Shown here: positions 17,692 to 24,922 of the stretch, one piece after another
Position numbering within the stretch: the stretch's first letter is position 1
Layout of the letters: the number at the start of each line of letters is the position of its first letter
From: Ignavibacteria bacterium
Lineage (GTDB): Bacteria > Bacteroidota > Ignavibacteria > Kapaibacteriales > UBA4661
Reading direction: 5' to 3'
DNA length: 64,000 nucleotides
NCBI GenBank assembly: GCA_013298775.1
Contig: JAAFIV010000019.1
Span: 25,290 to 89,289 of the forward strand
Notes under the pieces: model-generated
Seen by the model: the letters and a program-made list of their open reading frames with translations, nothing else
The model's database searches: none
Told to the model about the DNA's origin: nothing
Position numbers and translations under genes: made by a program

Positions 17692-20382
17692 ATGACCAAA
17701 AATCTTGTTATTGTAGAATCTCCCGCAAAAGCGAAAACGATTGAAAAATTTCTTGGTAAAGATTTCACCGTAAAATCGTGCTTCGGGCATATCCGCGACC
17801 TTGCCAAAGGCGACGATGCGATTGATGTTGCCAACGGTTTTATTCCAAAATATGAGGTTTCACCCGACAAGCGTGATGTGGTGCGAGATTTGAGCCGCCT
17901 CGCCTCCGAAGCAGAAACCGTCTGGCTCGCGTCGGACGAAGACCGCGAGGGAGAAGCTATTTCGTGGCATTTGTTCGAGGCGTTGAAATTGAAACACGCG
18001 ACAACAAAACGAATTGTGTTTCATGAAATCACCAAACCTGCCATTTTACACGCTGTTGAACATCCACGCGCCATTGACTACGACCTCGTAAACGCCCAGC
18101 AAGCACGTCGCTTGCTCGACCGCTTGGTAGGGTTTGAATTATCGCCTGTTTTGTGGCGCAAGGTGCGTCCTTCCTTGTCGGCAGGGCGTGTACAGTCGGT
18201 GGCGGTGCGCCTGATTGTTGAGCGCGAGCGCGATATTCAAGGATTTCAATCCACCTCGCAATACCGCGTGAATGCTGAGTTTCTGACCTCTGGTGGCGGA
18301 CGCTCCTTCAAAGCAGAATTACCGAAAAAATTCGACACCGCAGAAGAAGCGGAAAAATTCTTGAATGCGTGTAAAGGTGCGGCATTCAGCGTGAAAAACT
18401 TGGAAACCAAGCCCGCGAAAAAATCTCCCGCAGCACCCTTCACCACTTCTACTTTGCAGCAGGAAGCAAGCCGCAAACTCGGTTTTTCGATTTCACAAAC
18501 CATGCTGCACGCCCAGCGTTTGTACGAAGCGGGGCATATTACCTACATGAGAACGGATTCGGTGAATCTCTCCGAGCTGGCTCTGGATGCGGCTGAAGAG
18601 GCAATTACCAATTCCTTCGGCAAGCAATATTCACATCGCCAAAAGTATTTTACGAAAAATGATTCCGCGCAAGAAGCGCACGAAGCAATTCGCCCCACCG
18701 ACTTCACACGCCGCACCGTTCCGCCCTCTGGCGACGTTGATGGGCAAGCATTGCGATTGTATGAGCTTATTTGGAAACGTGGCGTTGCTTCGCAAATGGC
18801 GGATGCGCAAATTGAGCGCACAATAGCAACCATCGGCATTTCAACCGTTCCCGAAACGCTGACCGCAACGGGCGAGATTATCAAATTCGACGGCTTTTTG
18901 AAGCTCTATTTGGAATCCACCGACGACGAAAACGATGAAGATAACGACAGCATTTTGCCGCCCATGAAGCAAGGCGAATCGCTGGAACTCCGCACCATGA
19001 CTGCCACGCAGCGTTACGCGAAACCCGCACCGCGCTATACCGAAGCAAGTTTGGTGAAAAAGCTCGAAGAACTCGGCATTGGTCGCCCTTCCACCTACGC
19101 GCCGACGATTTCTACGGTTCAAAAGCGCGGCTACGTCGTGAAAGAAGAGCGTGAAGCGAAGCAGCGTCCGGTGAATATTTTGACCTTGAAAGATAATATT
19201 GTTTCCAAACGCACCGAGCAGGAAAATTACGGCGCAGAAAAAAACAAACTCTTCCCCAGCGACGTAGGGATGCTGGTTACAGACTTTTTGGTGAAGCATT
19301 TCGACCAGATTATGGACTATAATTTCACCGCGACGGTGGAAAAAGAGTTCGACGAAATTGCGCAAGGCAAGAAAGTTTGGAACAAGATGTTGGAAAATTT
19401 TTATATTCCGTTTCATCAACTTGTTGAGCAAACCACCGAAAATGCTGAACGCCAGCGCGGGGAGCGGCTTTTGGGACAAGAACCCGAATCGGGTAGAAAC
19501 GTGTATGCGCGTTTGGCGCGGTACGGACCAGTGGTGCAAATCGGCGACCAAGACGACGAAGATAAGAAATACGCGAATCTCCGTCAGGGGCAATCGCTGG
19601 AAACCATCACGCTGGAAGAGGGATTGCGCCTTTTCACTGAGCGAACCGACCGCCTACTTGGCAAAGACCCCGCAAGTGGCAAAAACGTGTACGTCCGCAT
19701 GGCGCGGTACGGTCCGGTGGCGCAAATTGGCGAGCCAGACGACGAAGAGAAAAAATATGCAAGTCTGCGTCCGGGACAATCTCTCGCGGGAATCACGCTG
19801 GATGAAGCAATGACGCTCTTCCGCTTGCCGCGTGTGGCGGGCGAGTTCGAGAGCAAGCCGATGAAAGTCGCGCTGGGACGCTTCGGACCGTACATTTTGC
19901 ACGACGACAATTTTTATTCGCTCACCAAACAAGACGACCCGTACACGGTTTCCGCCGACCGCGCTGTGGAAATCATTCTGGCGAAGCGTCAGCTTGACAG
20001 CGACAAGCTCATCAAGGAGTTTTCGCTCGAAACAGGCTCAGTGCTAAAGCTCCTCAAAGACCGATGGGGACACGTTTTGGTACTGGGCAAACAAAAAGCT
20101 AAATTGCCCAAAGGCACCGCCGCAGAAGAACTAACGTTGGAAGAATGTATGGCACTTGCGGGCGATAAAATTGACTTTACAAGCGACGGCAAGCCAAAAG
20201 CGAAGAAATCTGCAAAAGCCGCATCATCAGGCAAGTCTTCGACAACGAAAACAAAAACTTCAACAGCAAAGGCTTCAACCGCGAAGGCAGCAACGGCAAA
20301 AAAGACAGGGACGAAAAAAGAAACTTCGGCAAAAGCAAAAGCCCCGAAAGCAAGTAATGGCGAGGCTTCTAAGAAAAAGTAG
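17692..20382 (+). CDS. topA: DNA topoisomerase I
   Basis: LVIVESPAKAKTI, DEDREGEAI, SAGRVQS, ITYMRTDS (catalytic Tyr), AQEAHEAIRPT, GIGRPSTYA. Confidence 0.98.
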   Translation: MTKNLVIVESPAKAKTIEKFLGKDFTVKSCFGHIRDLAKGDDAIDVANGFIPKYEVSPDKRDVVRDLSRLASEAETVWLASDEDREGEAISWHLFEALKLKHATTKRIVFHEITKPAILHAVEHPRAIDYDLVNAQQARRLLDRLVGFELSPVLWRKVRPSLSAGRVQSVAVRLIVERERDIQGFQSTSQYRVNAEFLTSGGGRSFKAELPKKFDTAEEAEKFLNACKGAAFSVKNLETKPAKKSPAAPFTTSTLQQEASRKLGFSISQTMLHAQRLYEAGHITYMRTDSVNLSELALDAAEEAITNSFGKQYSHRQKYFTKNDSAQEAHEAIRPTDFTRRTVPPSGDVDGQALRLYELIWKRGVASQMADAQIERTIATIGISTVPETLTATGEIIKFDGFLKLYLESTDDENDEDNDSILPPMKQGESLELRTMTATQRYAKPAPRYTEASLVKKLEELGIGRPSTYAPTISTVQKRGYVVKEEREAKQRPVNILTLKDNIVSKRTEQENYGAEKNKLFPSDVGMLVTDFLVKHFDQIMDYNFTATVEKEFDEIAQGKKVWNKMLENFYIPFHQLVEQTTENAERQRGERLLGQEPESGRNVYARLARYGPVVQIGDQDDEDKKYANLRQGQSLETITLEEGLRLFTERTDRLLGKDPASGKNVYVRMARYGPVAQIGEPDDEEKKYASLRPGQSLAGITLDEAMTLFRLPRVAGEFESKPMKVALGRFGPYILHDDNFYSLTKQDDPYTVSADRAVEIILAKRQLDSDKLIKEFSLETGSVLKLLKDRWGHVLVLGKQKAKLPKGTAAEELTLEECMALAGDKIDFTSDGKPKAKKSAKAASSGKSSTTKTKTSTAKASTAKAATAKKTGTKKETSAKAKAPKASNGEASKKK

Positions 20383-20398
20383 AAACTATCATAACTGA

Positions 20399-20487
20399 GC
20401 GAGGGTCTCACTTCCTAGTGAGGCTCTCGCTTCTGTACAAAGTGAGAGCCTCACTGACGGCTTTGCGTCAGGAAGTGAGACCCTCAC
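20399..20487. repeat. Family B REP-like doublet (B2)
   Basis: GCGAGGGTCTCAC-ttccta-GTGAGGCTCTCGC ... GTGAGAGCCTCAC...GTGAGACCCTCAC. Confidence 0.88.
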
Positions 20488-20529
20488 GGTAATCACGATA
20501 AATGGTTCATTATCTGCACAATAAACGCC

Positions 20530-21669
20530 ATGAGAAAAATTCTCGTTATTGACGATACCGATTTTATCCGCGAGGACATTGCCACGACGCTTCAGTTCGA
20601 GGGCTTTGAGACTATTACCGCCGAAGACGGTTTGGCGGGCGTAGAAATGGCTCGCAACGAGCGTCCAGACCTCATTCTCTGCGACGTTTCGATGCCGCGT
20701 CTGGACGGTTTTGGTGCATTGGAACAGATTCGCAAAATTGATGAAATTGCTTCTATTCCCTTTATTTTCCTGACCGCCAAAGCAGAAAAAGCGGATATGC
20801 GGCGCGGTATGGAGCTTGGCGCGAGCGACTACCTCACCAAGCCCTTCACGACCGATGAGCTTATCGAAGCCGTGAATGCGCAGTTCCGCAAGCTGGATAA
20901 ATTGCAAGTGATGATTGCCGATAAGGTTGATAATGTGGTTAAGAAAATCGGTGCAAACATTGGTTTCGCGCTGCCGCACGAGTTCCGTACACCGCTTGTG
21001 GGCATTATTGGCGGGACGGATATGATTGACATGGTGGCTGGCGATGTGCGCGGCGGCAAGCCTGTGGATGCGGCGGAATTGGAAAGTATTGCGCGGGATA
21101 TTCGCACCTCGACCGAGCGTTTGCGCCATTTGACCGAGAATTTTATTGCCTACACTCAGCTTCAAAACCTCTCCTTCGATAAAGAAGCCGTGCGTATGAT
21201 ACGCGAACAACGCACCGAAGGCGGCATTTTGGGTATGATTGAAGATATTTTCCACCTGCAAAGCTCCGACGCAGGACGCTTGGGCGATGTCAGCCTTTCG
21301 GTGGAAGATTCAGAAATTGCGATGGCGGGACAGGATATTTACAAAATCATTCAAGAAGTTGCCAGCAATGCGCTGAAATTCTCTAAACCCGGCACCACGA
21401 TTACCGTTCAAGGCAAGCCGCAAGGAAAATTTTTCACGTTTACCGTGATTGATAAAGGCTGTGGTATCAAGCCCGATGATATTCCCAATTTGGGTTCGCC
21501 CTTTGCGCAATTCGACCGCATGGACAATGAGCAACAAGGCGCGGGACTTGGACTAGCAATCGTGAAAAAACTCTTGGAATTGTATCAAGGCGTATTCAAC
21601 GTGCAAAGCGTGATTAACCAAGAAACGACGATTACGATTCAAGTGCCAGTCGCGCCAGAGATGGTGTAA
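20530..21669 (+). CDS. Response regulator receiver / histidine kinase hybrid
   Basis: ILVIDD, DLILCDVSMP, LTKPF; LPHEFRTPL H-box; NALKFS, DKGCGI, GAGLGLAI. Confidence 0.92.
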   Translation: MRKILVIDDTDFIREDIATTLQFEGFETITAEDGLAGVEMARNERPDLILCDVSMPRLDGFGALEQIRKIDEIASIPFIFLTAKAEKADMRRGMELGASDYLTKPFTTDELIEAVNAQFRKLDKLQVMIADKVDNVVKKIGANIGFALPHEFRTPLVGIIGGTDMIDMVAGDVRGGKPVDAAELESIARDIRTSTERLRHLTENFIAYTQLQNLSFDKEAVRMIREQRTEGGILGMIEDIFHLQSSDAGRLGDVSLSVEDSEIAMAGQDIYKIIQEVASNALKFSKPGTTITVQGKPQGKFFTFTVIDKGCGIKPDDIPNLGSPFAQFDRMDNEQQGAGLGLAIVKKLLELYQGVFNVQSVINQETTITIQVPVAPEMV

Positions 21670-21689
21670 ATACTCGCATAGAGGAGTTT

Positions 21690-21887
21690 ATGATGCTACC
21701 GACACAAACACCCGCCACCGCTCAAGAAATTGAGGATTTTTTCAATGTTCCGCAGCATGGACGAGCAATACCGCTCACCAAAGAGCAGGAAGAATATTAT
21801 TTGCGAACGCCTGAATCCGAGCGTGATAGAGCTTTTCAGCATATTTTAGAAGAACAGCGTAATGAGCAACACCGCAATAATCTCTGA
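21690..21887 (+). CDS. Small hypothetical protein (65 aa)
   Basis: GAGGAG RBS; overlaps the next ORF. Confidence 0.6.
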   Translation: MMLPTQTPATAQEIEDFFNVPQHGRAIPLTKEQEEYYLRTPESERDRAFQHILEEQRNEQHRNNL

Positions 21888-22158
21888 AATATATCGGATG
21901 TATAATTCGTTTGCCAAGCGGAATATCATTGTCGTTATTCAGGAAGGCGCGATGCGGCAGTTGGTACAGCTTTATGATGCGGGATACAGTTTTGTTGCTT
22001 CGATTGTTATTGGCGCATTTGTAAAAGTGCAGAGTGACAAAGGAGTAACGACAACAACATCTGTATCTGCGCGGCTTTCAGGCATGGAAACTCATTTTAC
22101 CGTGCTGTGCAAATTGGAAAATAATCTCTTTACCATACAAAGTATTTCTCAAGAATAG
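21862..22158 (+). CDS. Small hypothetical protein (98 aa)
   Basis: Overlaps the upstream ORF by 26 bp; alpha/beta pattern. Confidence 0.6.
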   Translation: MSNTAIISEIYRMYNSFAKRNIIVVIQEGAMRQLVQLYDAGYSFVASIVIGAFVKVQSDKGVTTTTSVSARLSGMETHFTVLCKLENNLFTIQSISQE

Positions 22159-22186
22159 TCTCTTATGTACGGCAGAATCTCAATAT

Positions 22187-22216
22187 CTATGTTCTCAAAA
22201 ATTCAACGTATTCATT
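22187..22216 (+). repeat. Exact 30-bp duplicate of the murC 5' end (22771-22800)
   Basis: CTATGTTCTCAAAAATTCAACGTATTCATT at both sites. Confidence 0.95.
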
Positions 22217-22250
22217 AGAGATGCCGTAGATACTCATTGTAGGTGTTATC

Positions 22251-22523
22251 ATGGAACAGCCACAGTTGCCGCAATCTTCTTCTATTGAAATTGTTTTTGA
22301 AACTCAAAAGTAGCAACTTGCCTTAGAGAAAGAGCGGCAGTCAGCGCGATTAGAAACTATTCGCAGCGCAGCAAGTTTAGGAACAGCCTTTGTATTTTCA
22401 GCCACCGCGCTCTATGGTGTTTTTACTGCAAGCATAGATACTACCGTCGTTTGCGCATTGATTGGTGCAGCCACAACGCTCTTGACAGGACTTACCTCTC
22501 CCAAAACGAAAAAAGACGCATAA
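22251..22523 (+). pseudogene. 90-codon membrane-protein ORF with in-frame TAG at 22311-22313
   Basis: MEQPQLPQSSSIEIVFETQK*QLALEKERQSARLETIRSAASLGTAFVFSATALYGVFTASIDTTVVCALIGAATTLLTGLTSPKTKKDA; AGGTG RBS; ends 1 nt before the next ATG. Confidence 0.6.
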
Positions 22524-22524
22524 A

Positions 22525-22710
22525 ATGAATAACTCCCTCAAACATCCTACTGATGCCGTAAAGGTGGCGTTAATCCTTGCTGGAGCGGCGATTGTTATTG
22601 CGGTGTTGTTTATCATGCACTCAAGCGGTGTGTTGGTCAAAGGCGGCTGGGTTTTCCTTCTTTTTGGTGGTTTAATTGCCTACAACTTCTGGCGGCGTTT
22701 GCGTGATTGA
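22525..22710 (+). CDS. Small two-TM membrane protein (61 aa)
   Basis: Two hydrophobic helices and a basic C-terminus WRRLRD. Confidence 0.6.
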   Translation: MNNSLKHPTDAVKVALILAGAAIVIAVLFIMHSSGVLVKGGWVFLLFGGLIAYNFWRRLRD

Positions 22711-22772
22711 CTGCCCTACCACATTCAGACTATACACAAGCACAACTTTGTAACGACACTTACGTTTTCACT

Positions 22773-24143
22773 ATGTTCTCAAAAATTCAACGTATTCATT
22801 TCGTAGGAATTGGCGGTATCGGCATGAGCGGTATCGCCGAAATTTTATTAGACCAGGGCTTTCGCGTAAGCGGCTCGGATTTGCAACGCTCCGACGTTAC
22901 CAATCATTTGGAAAAACTCGGCGCGACGATATTTGAAGGGCATAGCGCGGCGAATATCGAAGGCGCGGAAGCAGTGGTGTATTCGAGCGCGGTTAAAATC
23001 GCGGAGAATCCAGAAACGGCGGAAGCTCTGCGGCGTAAAATCCCCGTGATTCGCCGTGCGGAAATGCTTGCCGAAGTGACGCGCCTGAAATACTGCGTTG
23101 CCATCGCTGGAACGCACGGTAAAACCACCACAACCTCGATGTGCGGCTTGATGCTGATGAAAGGTGGCATTGACCCAACCGTGATTGTTGGCGGCAAACT
23201 GAGCGGCTTAGGAGGCACAAATGCTCGCTTAGGGCGCGGTGAATGGACGGTTGTGGAGGCAGACGAATACGACCGCTCCTTTTTGCAGCTTTTACCCACG
23301 ATTGCGCTCATTACCAACGTCGAGGCGGAGCATTTGGATATTTACGCCGACTTCGACGACATCAAGCGTACCTTCGCACAATTTGCCAACAAAACGCCCT
23401 TCTACGGGCTTGTCGTGGTGTGTTTGGATAATGCTGGCGCGATGGAAGTGCTGCCAAACATCAACAAAAACGTCCGTACCTACGGGCTTTCGCCGCAGTG
23501 TAATGTTCGCGCTGTGGATATTGTCCACAACGAGCGTGTTTCCGAGTTTTCCTTGCTGTACAACGGCGAAAATTTGGGGAGAATTGCATTGCACATTCCA
23601 GGCTTGCACAACGTCCGCAACGCGCTTGGCGCAATCACGGTCGCGCTGGAATTGGGTGTAAGCGTGGAGGATATTCGCTCGGCGTTGGATGGGTTTTCGG
23701 GCGTGTATCGCCGCTTTGAGATTAAGGGCGAGAAGCAAGGAATTATGCTGATTGACGACTACGCGCACCATCCGTCCGAAGTGTCTGCCACGCTGCAAGC
23801 TGCTCGCAATGGCTGGAAGCGTCGTGTTATCTGCGTATTCCAACCCCACACCTACACGCGCACCCGCGATTTCTGCACCGATTTCGGTAAATCCTTCACC
23901 GATGCCGACCATCTCATTATTACCGATGTCTATCCTGCCCGCGAAGTGCCTATTGACGGGATTTCTGGGCAAATCATTGCCGATGCGGCAGCGAAGTTTG
24001 GACACCGCAACGTGCAGTACGTTCCCGACAAAAAGGATATTCCAAACCTCTTAAAATCTATGACCAAAGAAGGCGACATCGTGATGACGCTGGGTGCAGG
24101 CGATATTTGGAAATTTGGGAATGAATTTTTGCAGAGTTTGTAG
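22773..24143 (+). CDS. murC: UDP-N-acetylmuramate--L-alanine ligase
   Basis: IHFVGIGGIGMSGIA, AGTHGKTTTT, EADEYDRSF, DDYAHHP, FQPH. Confidence 0.97.
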   Translation: MFSKIQRIHFVGIGGIGMSGIAEILLDQGFRVSGSDLQRSDVTNHLEKLGATIFEGHSAANIEGAEAVVYSSAVKIAENPETAEALRRKIPVIRRAEMLAEVTRLKYCVAIAGTHGKTTTTSMCGLMLMKGGIDPTVIVGGKLSGLGGTNARLGRGEWTVVEADEYDRSFLQLLPTIALITNVEAEHLDIYADFDDIKRTFAQFANKTPFYGLVVVCLDNAGAMEVLPNINKNVRTYGLSPQCNVRAVDIVHNERVSEFSLLYNGENLGRIALHIPGLHNVRNALGAITVALELGVSVEDIRSALDGFSGVYRRFEIKGEKQGIMLIDDYAHHPSEVSATLQAARNGWKRRVICVFQPHTYTRTRDFCTDFGKSFTDADHLIITDVYPAREVPIDGISGQIIADAAAKFGHRNVQYVPDKKDIPNLLKSMTKEGDIVMTLGAGDIWKFGNEFLQSL

Positions 24144-24201
24144 CAAATATTCTGCTCATTGCTGCATTCTATGTGTTCTAAATCTTAAATTATGAGGTTT
24201 T

Positions 24202-24768
24202 ATGCGCTTTTTGAAGTATTATCTCGTTATCTCTGTGTGTGGTCTATTCTTTAGCAAACAGCAAGTATTGACCGCACAGCAAGCATCTACGCCGCAAGCA
24301 GCATCTTCATCCACAACATCAATTCCGCGCTACACAGCACGTGAGGGAAATAGTTCGCAGCAATCAAAATCTCTAGCTGTAAAATCAGTAGTAGTGCGGG
24401 GTATAGACGTTGTACCGTACATTGTGGCAAGCGAAGATTCCTTACAAAGCTATATTCAAGATAATGCGATTTCCGTTTGGGTAAATGTACCGTCATTGCA
24501 GCGCAGCGGAGATACGCTCACAGCAGTTGTGAAGCGGGTTTTGCGGTATGATATTACACACCGTTTGAATAAAGATTTGGTGAATGTTGATGTGATGAAA
24601 TTCAATACACGCAATGACACCTTTGCTCGCGTTGCCTCGCTCGACGCTGGTACGAACACACTTACACCGAATACCAAAGCAGAATGGGAAAAAACCTCGC
24701 TCGACGTAGATGTGCTGGCGTTGTACCACTATGTGGGCTATTTGTATGAAAAATATGGGAAGAAATAG
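24202..24768 (+). CDS. Hypothetical secreted protein
   Basis: 188-aa ORF with N-terminal signal-like segment and Ser/Gln linker. Confidence 0.65.
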   Translation: MRFLKYYLVISVCGLFFSKQQVLTAQQASTPQAASSSTTSIPRYTAREGNSSQQSKSLAVKSVVVRGIDVVPYIVASEDSLQSYIQDNAISVWVNVPSLQRSGDTLTAVVKRVLRYDITHRLNKDLVNVDVMKFNTRNDTFARVASLDAGTNTLTPNTKAEWEKTSLDVDVLALYHYVGYLYEKYGKK

Positions 24769-24808
24769 GCTTCTTCTCTTCTCGTCAGCCAACAAAGATA
24801 TTGCCATA

Positions 24809-24884
24809 GTGGCACAGACATTCTTGTCTGTGTTTTCCGCCTGAATCCCGCGCCAATACTCACAGACAAGAATGTCTGTGCCAC
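24809..24884. repeat. Family A REP doublet (A2)
   Basis: Perfect 24-bp inverted REP units with 28-bp spacer. Confidence 0.92.
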
Positions 24885-24922
24885 TATTAAAGATTGAAAA
24901 CAATTCATTTGAATAGTATTGA

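Noticed and set aside
21657-22800. Integron or prophage att site
   Set aside because: No integrase, attC-like palindromes or phage genes; kept only as a duplicated-boundary cassette finding.
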